Assembly: GCA_013265495.1 (NCBI GenBank)
Contig: MU058636.1
Span: 10,081,066 to 10,145,065, forward strand
Origin: Vicugna vicugna
Taxonomy: Eukaryota
Direction: 5' to 3'
DNA: 64,000 bases
This document shows positions 1 to 12,690 of the stretch, piece after piece. The translations under genes were made by a program, and so were the position numbers. The notes under the pieces are model-generated. The model saw nothing but the letters and a program-made list of their open reading frames with translations, searched no databases and was not told the DNA's origin. The first letter of the stretch is position 1. Every line of letters begins with the position of its first letter.

Positions 1-70
1 CTGATATTCAGTAAACAGGTCTGGACTAGAGATACCGGTGATACCAATCTGGGAAACATCAGCATATGTA
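1..70 (-). mobile_element. L2 LINE fragment
   Basis: gtctggactagagat...tctgggaaacatcagcatatgta resembles the antisense L2 body (gtctgggctggagat...ttgggagtcatcagcatatag). Confidence 0.55.
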
Positions 71-225
71 TTACCTCATTTAATCCCCGCCACCAACTTA
101 GGAGGCAGCTGTTAATGGGCTCGTTTGATAGACGGGAAAAACCAAAGCTTGCCCGGTCGCATAGTGGGAGAGCTAAGATTTGTGCCTTGGTGTGTCTGAC
201 TCTGAAGCCCAGGTATTCTCTTCTG
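71..225 (-). mobile_element. MIR SINE
   Basis: tcatttaatcc...cttgcccggtcgcatag...gtctgactctgaagccc is the reverse complement of the MIR core. Confidence 0.75.
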
Positions 226-2502
226 CACCGAGTTATTCTCCAAAGTAGGAGGCTCGCGGTTCCCAGAGAGGCATTTTTCTATTACCCTATCCTGCTCTTC
301 TCTGTCCATAAGATGTTCAGTTAAATCTGCCAGAATGGTTGCAGGGAGAAGTACAGCTTTCCAGAAATTACTGTAAATAGCTTCCAAATTTCCCAAGAAA
401 TCTTGTTTCAGAAACAAGGTGATACCTTGATAAATGCAATAAGAAGACAGCAGGAGAGCAGCCTTCCCCAGCCCACAGAGAAGCCCCTGTCACCGTGTTC
501 TCTGAGTTCGTATTCCTAAGCCACAGCTCCAGCCAGAAAGTGACAAAGAGGATCCCAGAGCCCTCACTGAAGGCTTCCAGGATTCAGGCAAGTATCCTCA
601 TTGTTGAAAAAAAAAAATCCTCATCTAATGGGTCAAATCCACTTCAGATAATAAACTGTGACATTTGTTTGATATCTAAGCAGATTTGTTTTAAAGATAC
701 TAAATCAAAGAGTGACAAAACTATTCATCTTCTGAATTTCCCATCAGGGTAAGAAGGGAGGAGGAAAGTCAGTGGGCAATTGTTAGGGAACCTGTTTGAA
801 GTCACAGACAGTCCTCAACGACAACACAGAAAGGAGCAGCGGGTCTCTGCTCCCCAACCCGTTGCTGCACGCAGCCCTCCCCAGGTGCTGGGCAGAGCAT
901 CAGGCTGGCTCCTCCTGCAGCCCTTATCCCAAGGCAGCACAAGATTGATAGCAACAGGAGATCCAGATGCCTAACGTGTGCCAAAGTGAAGGAGTTTACG
1001 TGTGATTTAAAACATCTTCCTGTCACCATGAGACAGCAATCTGAACTGTGAGCTAAAATCTTGGCCTGCCCCCTCTCACCCCAATCCACCCATGCTCTGT
1101 AGTCACAAAGAGATCATGCAAGAATTCCCCACCCAGCACCAGCCCATCCAGACTTAAACCGACCGTAAGCATCTTGGAAGCCACAAGATCCTTAACTCTC
1201 AGCTGACTCATGACACCAGGCAGAGCTGCTGGGAGGAGCCGTCACCAACAGCTCTGAGCCGAGTCCCTGATGGCCCAGCCCTTCCAGGGCCCACCAATGG
1301 CCTAGACAGCCAGGCATCTCGCTGTCTGGACAGGCTAGTCATTTGATGGAAGTCAAAGAATGTGATGGTTGCAGTCATCACCCAGTGCCCCTGCCGTCAT
1401 CATGTGACCGGATTCTTTGGATCTGGCTGTGCAGACAGACTGGACAAGACCCAGCTGCTGCCCTTGCTATTCACAGATGCCATTCCAAAACCTGCCCCCG
1501 TGGTCCCAGTTCTTCTAGAAGCTGAGACAGCTGGTTAAGCAAAAGTCAAGCATGCATGGACGGGTTTAAAAATTCTTCCTTCCCTCCTCGTCTTAACACA
1601 CACCAGTTATCACCACAGCAGTCACCCTTCCACCAGGCCAGCCTCCCACCTGGGAGCAGAGGTGTGGCCCTTGAGATGACTAAAGGAGCCAGGTCCGCAG
1701 TCCGGCCAGAGGAAACCCTGATTTGGTAGGATGCAGACACCGAGCCCCGCGCTTGGGGAGTCTCTGTGCTTACTCCAGCTGAGCCCTGAACCCACGCCTT
1801 CAGGAGAGATCCAGCCTTGAAACTGAGTTCCTCAACTATAAAATCGAGACATTACTCGTCACCCTCCTCATCTTGCTAACCTCTTGTAAATGACGTAAGG
1901 ATAAGGAAAGCAAGGATCTGACTGTGGATTGACAAGATATAGCACACAGGTATCATTACTGAGTGCTGACAAATGCCTCTGTACCATGTATCACATCCAC
2001 ACAGGATCAAATGCACCTAGTTTTGATGACTCTGAGCATCAGAATTTTGGTTTCAATTATCAGTACCTGCAGGGGGGTCTTTAACTGAAGACCTTACGAA
2101 ATTGACAATAAGATGTAATAAGGAGTGACTGGCTTGCACTCGGTCATGAGAACTGTGTATTATTTTATTAGATATTCTTAGTTAATGGAACTTGATCCTA
2201 AATTTTTTTCTCCCTAAGGAACTGGTGAAAACCCTTACATAGCATAGCCAAGATACAGTTCTCTCTCTGACCCATTTCTTATTTCTTTACATCCTGAGAA
2301 GTCTCTGCTCTGAGGCATCTGCTTCTCTGAATAATTACAGAGCAAACTTAGGTTGTACCTGTGCAATTGCCCCAAGTGAAGTCCCGAAGAACCAAGTCGG
2401 CATCCACTGATCACAAGCCCCACTTCCCTCTAATGTGCTCAGCAGAAGGGAAACTCCAGCCTGACACAGGAAGAACCACATGGCTGTCAGCTCCAGCCTC
2501 TC

Positions 2503-2620
2503 CATCATTATTTCCTTCCATCAATATGCACAGAGTGCCACAATATGCCAAGAGCTGCTTGGGAGAAAATAATGAACAGAAAACACATGATGTCCTTCTT
2601 TTTGAGGACTTTATCCTTCA
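2503..2620 (-). mobile_element. L2 3' end
   Basis: tcattatttccttccatcaatatgcacagagtgcc...tgccaag...gtccttctttttgaggac follows the antisense L2 tail pattern. Confidence 0.55.
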
Positions 2621-2901
2621 TACCTGGGTTTGCTCAGGAGAATGGGTTCTCTCCATGAGATCGAGGGCCATGGGGTTTGCTAGAAACACCTTGAGAAGAA
2701 AAAGCCCCTTCCTGTTGGTGTCTGAGCCCCAGGGGGTCCCTAATTACCCAGAAATCTGGATGTCATAACAAAGGTGATATCTCCCTGGAAGTGGTAACCA
2801 GGGGAGCAGCTCGGTGCTCCTGTCTCCTCAGGACACCACTTCCAGAGGCTTCTTATGTCTGACCCCATGGGAAGCCTCATAATCACACCCACAGCTCCCC
2901 C

Positions 2902-3080
2902 TTTGAGCACTTACTTTATGCCAGGCCAGGAGCTAAGAGCTTCGCATTTACACTGCTTAACCGCTATCATCATCTGCTTTGTACAGATGAGGAAACGGCA
3001 GCTCAGGAAGATCATGTAGCAAATCCAAGCTCACCAGCAGCAAGTGGCAGAACCAGGAGTCAAGCCTGAGTCCAAGGACT
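2902..3080 (-). mobile_element. MIR SINE
   Basis: ttgagcacttactttatgccaggc...acagatgaggaaac...aagtggcagaaccagga. Confidence 0.85.
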
Positions 3081-3149
3081 ACCGCAGATTGGAGGGGCTG
3101 AGGACAGCACGGCCAGGAGAATCGATCATGTTCACAGCAATGAGACTTC

Positions 3150-3165
3150 TTTTTTTTTTTTTTTT
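3150..3165. repeat. poly(T)16 homopolymer
   Basis: Read directly from the sequence. Confidence 0.9.
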
Positions 3166-5619
3166 GGTTCCTCTATGGCTGGGCACAGAACTGACTTCTT
3201 TCTGAGAAACTCCTGCCTAGTCTCTGTGACTTAGAAAAATAATCAAGTGTTATATGAGCTGTTTGGGACCCAAGAGGGCCAAATTAGCAAGCAGACAACA
3301 GCACTCTCTTTGAAACATCAGCAACGTTCTAGGAGCTGAGAGAGACCCTGAGTGTGGTCAGGACATACATAAGGCTTTCCTTCTTCCCTTGTGGGTCTCA
3401 GAATGGCAGGGGGGATCCTCCTGCCACTTCAGTGGAGCAGGTGACGTCTCACCATGGTGACATCCCCTGGATGGCGGTTTCTCAGAGAACCAATAGGAAC
3501 AACCACCGAATTCAGTCCCCTCTCTGTTCCACACGCCCTGATGTCCAAGCCAGGGAGAGGCAGGTGTGCCTCGTGCCACCTCCTAAGAGAGGCCTTGTTA
3601 TTTGAACAAAAGGCCACCCCAGTCAGCCCCACAAGTTTTCTCAGCAACTTTCCACGGAGCCACCCTGCTCCAAGCTGGGTTCTCGGGTTCCCTGCTTCCT
3701 CCAACCAAAGCTTCTGGTGGGTAGGGGTGGGGGGTCCCAGATTCCTTCACTGGTTGGGAAGAGGTTAGGAGGAAAAAGAGTCTCTTTGTCAAAGACTCAT
3801 TTGAAAAGGCCTGAACAGATGAGTTAGACTCTGGGACCGTGTCCAGATGGAGGCCTTGCCTGGAATTCCTAATACATTCTTTCTGTTATTAAAATAATAT
3901 AGGGGACAGGGGTGGCCTATTGCTTCTCTGCACGGAGTCAATTTGGCTCACGCTGGGCGACCATTTAAAATCTAACCTCAAGTCGTGCCAGTTTCAAAAT
4001 CCTTTCAAGCTGGTTATGTTTCCATTCCACACAACAAGCCCATGGCTGTTCCCTAAACTCTTTCTCCAGGCAGAGGGTAACTCAGTAGACCCAGCCTCTC
4101 GCCAAGATGATGCAATCGGCCAAGTTCTCCAGCGTCTCGTTCCCCTGGCCCCACTCTGCTGCCTGCCCAGGGCCGGCTCTCTAGTCCACCCCTCAGGTCT
4201 ATCTCCTCGCATCCCCAAGGCACAGACCTCCCTTTGTGATCCGGGGAAGGTGTTTCCAGATGACTGGATGCACATGGCAGTTTCTCCTTCCAACACAGAA
4301 GAGAAGCCCTGCCCTGCCTCCCCCACTCAGCCATGAGTCATCAATACACAGGATGACAAAGGCTTTGGCAAAGACAAAGTGGGGGGTGGAGGAGGGAGGA
4401 ACCACGATGCACCCAGATTTTCGGCCTAAGAGCTCTTTTGCAACTTCCCTTGACCTCGGTATTCTCCCAAAGAAACATGGAGTAAAAACCATGGTAAAAA
4501 ACCACCATGTTTTCCAAGAGGCATCTGGTCCTCCAAGATGGAGGACAGAGAAAACAAATATGTTTGTTTCAACTATAAATTTCTTATCTTGAGAGCTCTG
4601 ATCAGCCCATCTGTGTTTCCAGAATGACCTATTCAGGCTCTGAGGCATCTGGAACTGTGAGAATCACCCCTGCGAGCTCCTTGGAGACCACTGCCTTCTG
4701 CCACCACTTCCAATCTCTCCCTGTGCCTTTCCCCCGGTTCACTGAGGACATCCCACTCTATCTGAGGCTCAGAGCAGATGAAAAAGCAATTGTAGCACTT
4801 AAAACACCCCCAGAGGAGCAGCCCGCTGTCATGATCTCTGAGAGGAAGGAAATAAGATGGTGTTTTATTTTTAAGTAGCCCATGAGATTTCAATGATTGC
4901 ATTAAAATTTTAATCACAAACTCCTTAAGTTAGGAAGAGGGGAAAAAAAAACCACAAAGGACTCATTGTATAAGAGAGTTTCACCATTTGGAGTTCTTTT
5001 ATAAATTTGTGTCAGATCACAATTTGCTGTCTGGGAAATGTAAATTAGTTATTAATGAGCCAAAACTCTAACATCAAAGCCTGTGCATCCACATGCCAGG
5101 GACAAACAAAGAGCTTTCAGAGAGTACCAGCTCCGTGCACCGGCCTGAAAGCGGCCTTCATCCTGACACGCTTTGCTGCCCCGTGGAGGAGATGGCTGTT
5201 CACACACGGAATCGCACCGGGCAGCTGGGTCATCAGCATCACCTCCACCTGGGCACCGCGGGACTGTCAGGGCGTGCACGTGTGCCGAAAGGTGGGGTGC
5301 GCAGAGCGGGGCGGAGGCCACCTTCCTTCCCAGCAGGCCATCCCAAAGTGCACTTAAGGTTTGCAATGTGACCTGACCCAGGCGGAAGGAGGAATGTGGA
5401 CCTGTTTTTGAAGGGTGCATGTAGAGTTTGCTTCATGTCCTCAACCCTCTGGTTTCACTGGAGATCAAGGGTCTAGATATAAAATGGACCCCCAGAAGGA
5501 GAAAGGAGGACAGTGGTTCTGAGCCTGGGAGAATGGGACTACAGTGATCTAACACAAGTCCTGCAGGCATTTGGAAATCTCCATTTGTCCATTCTCAGCA
5601 GATGCTGCTGTGGCGCTGC

Positions 5620-5935
5620 CGGGCGCCGGCACTGTACCACGCAGTGGAAACACCACGGTGAGCACAACAGACAGAGCCCTGCCCTCACAGACCTCCCTGC
5701 CCGGTAGAGAGTAACCACCCAAATCATTCTGCAGACCTGCAGAGGGTTAGGGAGGAACCCAGCCTAGAACAAGGGCTCCTGGCCCAGTTAGGGGACCAGG
5801 AATGATCTCCATGAGGAATTAGATTTGGGGCTAAAGCCAAAGAAAGAGGAAGCATGAACTAGGCATGGAGAAGACCGCGTTTCAGGGCAGAGGTCAAGGT
5901 GAGCAAAGCTAGAAGGAGGTAAGAGTCGAGGGCAG
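5620..5935 (-). mobile_element. L2 LINE 3' region
   Basis: acagacagagccctgccctcacaga...tttcagggcagaggtcaaggtgagcaaagc resembles antisense L2. Confidence 0.55.
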
Positions 5936-8229
5936 AGAGAGTAATGTCCTACTTGGCTCCCTGACCGAGATGCCCTGCCCCAGAGCGGGATCCCGATCAC
6001 CCCTTCTGGGCTTGGCATGGGCAAAGTTTGGAACAGCCTGGGTTCCAGGGCTCAGGTGCCAGTCACACCTGCCGCTGTGTTCCTCCACCCAGTGCGAGTC
6101 ACGTCTCTGCGATGCCTGCACCCAGACTCCAGACCTAGTAAGAAGGTCCTCACTGAGCTGTAATCCCATGGCCAGCCCTCCTGCCCAGGGCTGCCGGGCT
6201 GCCCGTCGAGATACCCCTCGGTGGCCTGCTCTGTACCCCTGCTGTCAGGTTCTTACCTGTCCTCTTCACAACCTCTACCCTTGGGGGACCCTCTCGATGG
6301 GCCACCTGCCTCAGCTGACTTCTGTCACTGTCACCATGGTTTCCTAGTACAGTGTCCACCTGCCCAGCCAGCCATCCTCCCCAGCCCTGACCCGCTCCAG
6401 TGGGCAGGTCAGATTTCCAGGCACTCCTGGGCACTCCCAGCAAGACCTCCAAACTCCCTGTCCCGACAGAGTGGGTCGCATTTCCAGAAGGAGAGAGCTG
6501 AAGGGTGGGGAAGTGAAGGAAGGCTAGAGAAAGTACAAAGGATGTAATCAGTGGAGGGAGAGAACCGGAAAAGCCTGAGTCTCTGGGGGCGAGAGGTCCA
6601 GGCTTTGGTGACCGTCCGCTGCAGCAGACCAGGACCTCTGGCTCACAGGAGTCGGGCTGTCCCTGCCATGAACTTGGACTCTCTCCCTCCCCCGACCCCA
6701 CCCCAGACCCCTCACCCAGACCTGTAGACTCCAGCCACATTGGATGTCTTTCACTTCCTCTAACAGGTTGCCTGGAAGACCTTCAAAAACACTACTTTCT
6801 GTGCCCAGAATGTACACAGTCTCTCCCAGGCCTGGGCAGCCCACCTTTCGGCCTGCGGCCTGAGCGGCACTCTCCCTCCGGAGTCCACCCCAGGCTGGGC
6901 TCTGAGTTGAGTGCCTTTCCTGTACCTCCCGGAGCTCCTGGACTTCCTGCGCCAGGGCCCTCACCACACTGTATCTTACCTGTGTGTATCTGTCTGTCTC
7001 CTGCTGGTGATGGAGTGCTCAAACTGCACAACAGAATCCTGATAAATAGCCCCACGATTATCTCCTCCTCCACCAGTAGCTAAGGAAGGCAGCAGGATTC
7101 TCTTTTTTAGGCCATTGCCATGGCTGAGCACCATATACGGTGGTCACGTGGGCACCCTGTCCTCTAAAAACATCTTGGGAATCCCTCACTCAGGGGTGCT
7201 GGAGCCCCTTTACTACAGCCAGCAGAACCCAGAGCCCCTGGGCAGGTGAACGGTTACAGGCACTTGGCACTGTTAGAGCTGGCTCCGCCCAGCTTCACAC
7301 ACGGTCCTCCTTAGGTCAGTGTCCTTCCCTGGGCAGCCTCCTGGCATCCCTGAGCTAGAGCTTCTCCCTGTTCCTGGAAGTGCCATGGTTCCTTGCACAC
7401 TCAGCCACAAGTTGCTCCCTGGAGAGTCTTCCTCCCAACCTCAACTCAAATACTTTTTAACGTACTTTCTCATTATTTCCACCATCTCATTTACAAGCTT
7501 CCCAAAGTGCATCTCACAGAACGGGAGGCAGAAGTAGCACCATGGTCACACGACTTTGGGGAAGAGTGCATGAGCTATTCCTCTCCAGGAGATTCATGGC
7601 ACATGAAACTCTGAGTCGTCCTGCAGTAGACAATGCCACCAGGACTTAGGATGCACAAGGTATGGCTGGTTCAATCTTTGACAAGTCCCTCTGCGTCACA
7701 TACACACACAGCAGTGAGGGACAGAACATTAAGTCAAGGAAATAAAAAAGGCACAGCCCAGCACAAAGACAAAAGCAGCATCCCACTGAATGGAGTGGAA
7801 ACACAAAGCAATGAGCAGGCTGACCCCGCAGGCCTGTGGTTCACGAAGGAGGCAGGGGATGCTGATAGTAACTCTCTTGTGGGACAGAGAGAAATAAAAT
7901 CATCGTGTGCGTGAAGGAGACTCAGTTCCCTGCTCACCAAGCAACTGTTAATATCCCGCAGGCAAGTATTTTGTAAAACATGCTTTGGAACATGTCTTTG
8001 CACCTTTCTCCCCTACTCTTGCTTCACATCACTGGCCTAAGGTTCTCAGATACCAAGAGTTTGCCTTTGCCAAACTCTGGCACACCACCTTCTAGCTCAC
8101 TGAATATTAGCCTTCCCAAAGTTTATAAGAAAAAATTTCTTACAAGATCCAAAATGAGAGATATTCTCTCTCGCTCGCTCACTCAACTCTCTCTCCTTCC
8201 CCACCATCAGCTTCTTCTCAGGAGCCCCT

Positions 8230-8590
8230 CTCCTCATCTTCTACTCAGCTAGCCCCTGGCAACCTGACTTCCTTCACCCTCACTGGTCTCTGTAGTTGTT
8301 GCCTGATAGCCTCCCAAAAGCCATAACCATGTGCTGTCAGACCTCATCCTCTGTGATGCTCCCCACTTTCCCAGTACCAAATGCCCCTCTTGAGGAACCT
8401 GGAGAATTCTTGGCTTCTCCAGTACAGCACCTTCTCATTTCTTCCACCTGAGTGCCCCAATTCTTCATTTTCCCTCTGCCCTCAGCACCCTTCTCCCTTC
8501 TCTCCTCATCCTCACATCCATCCCCATCAGCCTCCACACAAACAGATCGTTCGGAACAAAAGCATCAGTCTCCTCCTCACTCCCCACACA
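8230..8590 (+). mobile_element. L2 LINE, 5' part of a split copy
   Basis: Pyrimidine-rich. ctcatcctctgtgatgctc...cttggcttctccagtacagcaccttctc matches the L2 RT region. Confidence 0.55.
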
Positions 8591-8599
8591 TCCAGGAAT

Positions 8600-9300
8600 T
8601 TTGAGAACCTTGTGATTTAAACGTTGATCCAAAAATGGTTGGTTGGGTTTGTTTTTGTGTCTGTTGATGCTGGTTGTGTTTGCCATGGTGTGTTATGGGG
8701 GTTGAAGCACAGATTCTGATGATTAAACAGCTTTCCATTTTGTTTTCACTCATTGACTTGATTTTAGGTGCAACTAGGTCATGTCTTCTCTTAAAACTAT
8801 CTAAGTTGCTTGTTACAGCCACGAGTCCCATTGGATGATGGACTTCTTGTAAATCATTTTAAACACATTTAAACTCCCACCTACCAAATGTACCTATACC
8901 AAAATGCAGTCACATTATGAAATGATATTGAGTGTTTTGTTTTTCTATTCCAGAAATAATTTTCAAATGCATTCACCATATTTTTACATTTTTGATGCAT
9001 TTTTTATTTAGTATCTGTGGTTAGCTGAAATGTTTTAAGTTCATTTTCACTTGCTTCTCAATTTTCTCTTCTCATATCTGTAAATCTTGTTTAATCTTTT
9101 AAAGGCTTTTGGGTAAACATTTATAGATTTATGCATGAATGCAAAAAATTCTATTCCTTGGTATAAAGTTATATGGATATGAACATACATATACAACTTA
9201 ACTTAACCAAATATTTTTAACTGTGCAAATCAAATTCGCTTACTCAAACAGAAATGGAAATGCATAAAAACACATCAAGTAAAACAAGTTTACTTATTAC
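8600..9300 (-). mobile_element. Probable decayed TcMar-Tigger/pogo transposase fragment (CENP-B-type HTH region)
   Basis: AT-rich block. Minus-strand translation gives LFL.IEKQNTQ and LVAVTSNLDSFKRRHDL, similar to the pogo/Tigger motifs WIEDQNQ and F.AS.GWLDRFKKRH. Confidence 0.45.
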
Positions 9301-9570
9301 AGCCACACTACAAATCCATCCTGTCTAGAGTTGAATTCATCTTCTCCATCTGTACTCTTATGCCTTCCCTGTCCACCCCACCCCACCCCACCTCAGAAGA
9401 AAAAAAATAGTTTGAAACCATTTCTTTCTCTTTCTTACTTTCAGTTTCTGCCATTTGCCACCATTTGCCCAGTTACCTAAACTCCAACGTCAATGTCGTC
9501 TTATGTCTCTCCTTTCCGTTTTCTCGCTCACCACAAAAGCCCAAATTCCTTAAAGTCAGTTGGGCAGCTC
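9300..9570 (+). mobile_element. L2 LINE, 3' continuation
   Basis: ctgtctagagttgaattcatcttc...ccaccatttgcccagttacctaaac matches L2 (atgtccaaaactgaactcatc...caccatccacccagttgcccaagc). Confidence 0.6.
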
Positions 9571-10129
9571 TTCTCACTTTCCCACCACAAAGTCTCTCAA
9601 CACATGGAAATCCTTCTGAAATATCTCATCACCCTAAAGAGAGGGGTCTGGGTCAGAAATGGTTCTCTCGACCATAGAACTCCTTAAAGACCCAGTATGT
9701 ACCATGTAGGCTGAGTCCTCTGAAGACGTACCTTGTCCTAGGAGATGGAATAAGAGATCCAGACAAAGACTAACATGTTCCCCAGGCAAAGGGACCAGGT
9801 CTAGATATTTCACCAAAGGAAATATTTAGATTCACCCATTGTGAAGAAATCTATAACCCACTCAATCAGAATGTGACCTGACTGGCAACAGGGAGTAGAG
9901 CTTTGAGTAGCTGATTAAAAAAGGAATCAGTTGAGACCATGCCATCATCTTTACCCACAACCATCTGAAGAATCAGACCGTTACATGCCAGGTAACCAAG
10001 CCTTGTTCTTTGCTAGACGTAGTTCTCCAGAATAGCAGCAATTCAGACAGGATAAAGTATTCTCTACGGACACTTGCTACCCTTTGCCTACAGCTACCCT
10101 TTTGTAAAGTTTAATGATAAAAAATATTG

Positions 10130-10430
10130 TCTCTGGAATCAGAACTGAGTTAATTTCCAGTTTCTACTATTTACAACCAGGAACTACTGGGCAAATTCCT
10201 TAACATCATTTACTGTTGCTACTGCTACTATAATAATAATAATGATAATAGCAGTAGCTACTAAAATGTTTTGAGTTTTTACCACGTACTCAATACTAAG
10301 CCTTTGTCCCCCATCTGTACATTTGGGCTAATAACACCGACTTCAAGGTGTTGCGAGATAGAAAAAGCTATTATATGTGTAAACTGCCTAGCACTCAGCA
10401 TACGCCCCGCTGACAGTAGCTATCACTATT
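10130..10430 (+). mobile_element. MIR interrupted by an (AAT)n tract and a short antisense MIR tail
   Basis: tctggaatcagaactgagtt...tgggcaaattccttaac, resuming at cccatctgtacatttgggctaataac. Confidence 0.65.
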
Positions 10431-10619
10431 ATATTTTGAGGTCCTCATTATCTGCACAGGAGAATGTACCCTGTGCAGATGCATAGTTTCATCTTTTGAG
10501 CAGTAAATTAAAGTGGTCTTCTGGCTTAGCAGTCATCCTCTTGAGAGTCTGATAATCTCTTCAAATACAAATAAAAGTAGGTTCTAGTCCTGGACTCTGG
10601 AGCCTGGACCCAGAGAAGT

Positions 10620-10790
10620 GAGGCGGCTTTGTGGCTGCGATCGCAGATTCTGAAGTCAGAATGCCTGGGTTTGTATCTCAGACCTGTCACTTAGGGACAG
10701 TGTGGCCTTGCTAAGCCTCAGTCTGCTCATCTATAGAATGTGACAAAGGATAGTACCTCCCTCTGAGGAATCATGTAAGAATTCAGATCG
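10620..10790 (+). mobile_element. MIR SINE
   Basis: tctgaagtcagaatgcctgggtttg...gcctcagtctgctcatctatagaatg. Confidence 0.8.
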
Positions 10791-10796
10791 ACACTG

Positions 10797-10965
10797 TGAC
10801 CCTTGTAACACCTCCCTGGATATGAATATTAATCACTGTTTGACAGAAAGGGAACCTGACATTTAGAGAAGTTGGATTACTTGCTCCAAATCAGTTGGCC
10901 AGAAACTGGCCAGGCCAGAATTGAACCCAGATCTATCCTGCTCCACAGCCTGGGTTCTTAATCAC
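10797..10965 (-). mobile_element. MIR SINE
   Basis: tttgacagaaagggaacctgac...acttgctccaaatc...aattgaacccagatct. Confidence 0.75.
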
Positions 10966-11342
10966 GTCCCACAGCCCAAGCAGCCCTCCAATCTCGAGCG
11001 TGGGGCAGTTAGCTGTAGGTATAGTGGTCAAACACCACTGCATGCTTCCTTCTTACCTTTCTAAGTATTACTTCATCTCTTATGGATGAACACTTTGCAT
11101 TGAATGATTTCAACAATTTTCCTCATTTTAAAATAAATTCTGAATACGTAATTAAGTCCAGAGATTGTGGTGCGTGGGAACTCAGAATTCTGCAACACAC
11201 TCTCCATGAACTTCAATGATTAATGTGGCATTAATCACTGAAACGTAATGGACCTCAGTTTCTTCTGTGATAAAGTAGAGGAAACCAAATTTACAGGATG
11301 GATAACAAGAATTCCTTATGGGATAATAGTCTTGTCAAAATT

Positions 11343-11695
11343 CTATTGTCCCTTGGTTTCCTCAGGGGATTGGTTCCAGGACCCCCTGCAGATACCAAAA
11401 TTCACAGATGCTCAAGTCCTTTATATAAAATAGCATAATATTTGCATATAACCGACGCACATCTTCCCATGCACTTTAAATCATCTCTAGATTACTTATA
11501 ATATCTAACACAATGTAAATACTATGTAAATAGTTGTAAATACAATGTAAATGCTATGTAAATAGTTGCCGGCACATGGCAAGTTCAAGTTTTGCTTACT
11601 GGAACTTTCTGGAATTTGTGTGTGTATGTGGATATTTTCCATCCATGGTTGGTTGAATCCAGAGATCTGAACCCACGGATACAGAGGACCAACTA
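11343..11695 (+). mobile_element. MER2-type Tigger MITE
   Basis: ggggattggttccaggacccc...tttaaatcatctctagattacttataat...ggttggttgaatcc...ggatacagaggaccaact, with degenerate terminal inverted repeats (TIRs). Confidence 0.9.
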
Positions 11696-12129
11696 TAATA
11701 AGAATACAAAGAATCAAAGAAGTTCATCTAACAAGCAAGGTGAGCCAGAAAGCAACCCAGTATTTATCTGAGTATATAACAATATCAAAGATGTGACTGC
11801 ATTTTGAGACAGTTCATAACAACACATTCATTTAAGCCTTTTTTTTTTTTAATTAACAAACGGCTGTGTGTTGGGGTTGAGAATTCTGCACTGTGTTCAT
11901 TCTCAGATTGTTCTGGTGGGAAGCACAGCTTTTCCAAGGTGGCTCAGAGCTATTTCAGCTTATAAAGTAATTGCTAGTCCTTCAAAAGTCAGACACTTCA
12001 ACAGGATTGCCCATTATCTCTCAGCCAAAGCAGAGAAATTCATGCATCAGCCTAGCAGCAGCATCTTTTATGTGAAAAACAAGGAAACAAATGCTTTCTT
12101 CTGAGAAATTCTTCAGTGCTGCTGGCCGT

Positions 12130-12262
12130 ACACAGTATCATGGAGGCTGAGAGCATAGATGTTCAGGTTACGGGAGGTGGGGGCGGGGGAGGAACCCAGT
12201 TCAAATCCCAGCTCTGCCGCTAACCTTGAGCAAGTGGCTTAACTGTTCAGTCATCTCACCTA
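12130..12262 (+). mobile_element. MIR SINE
   Basis: cccagttcaaatcccagctctgccgctaaccttgagcaagtggcttaac. Confidence 0.75.
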
Positions 12263-12558
12263 GGACATGACAATAAACTCATGCATATAGAACACACAGT
12301 TTACGGCACACAGCAAGGACTCCTGCCATTTTCTTTTAGGATAAAGTTTCAGATCCCTAAATGATAAGCCCATCATCTCAGAGGCTGATGTAGAACAGCA
12401 AGTTGCAATGCGTCCGGCAGACAATGTCCAGTCTCCTTGGCTTTCCATTCAAGTCGCCGTTTCTGGGCTTGCAGCCCTCCTCCAGCTCAGCTTCTGGGGC
12501 CCTGAGCTTCCCGCTCCTTTCTTAGCCCGTACCCAGCACATAAGTGAGACTGCACAGC

Positions 12559-12690
12559 AATAATAATGGTAAATACACATTGACAATTCTTCTCTGTCAA
12601 GCACTGTTGGAAGGACCTTTATCTATTAAAACTTAATCCTCAGCATAATTTTACACAATATGTAGTATTACTATTGCCATTTTACAAATT
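12559..12690 (-). mobile_element. MIR SINE 3' half
   Basis: aagcactgtt...cttaatcctcagc...tattactattgccattttacaaat. Confidence 0.7.

Noticed and set aside
6150..6740. Longest ORF in the track (196 aa, minus strand)
   Set aside because: Non-ATG start, composition typical of random GC-rich DNA, no recognisable domain and no exon boundaries.
11878..11905. Short hairpin TGAGAAT...ATTCTCA
   Set aside because: Only a 7-bp stem, and not a miRNA or snoRNA I recognise.
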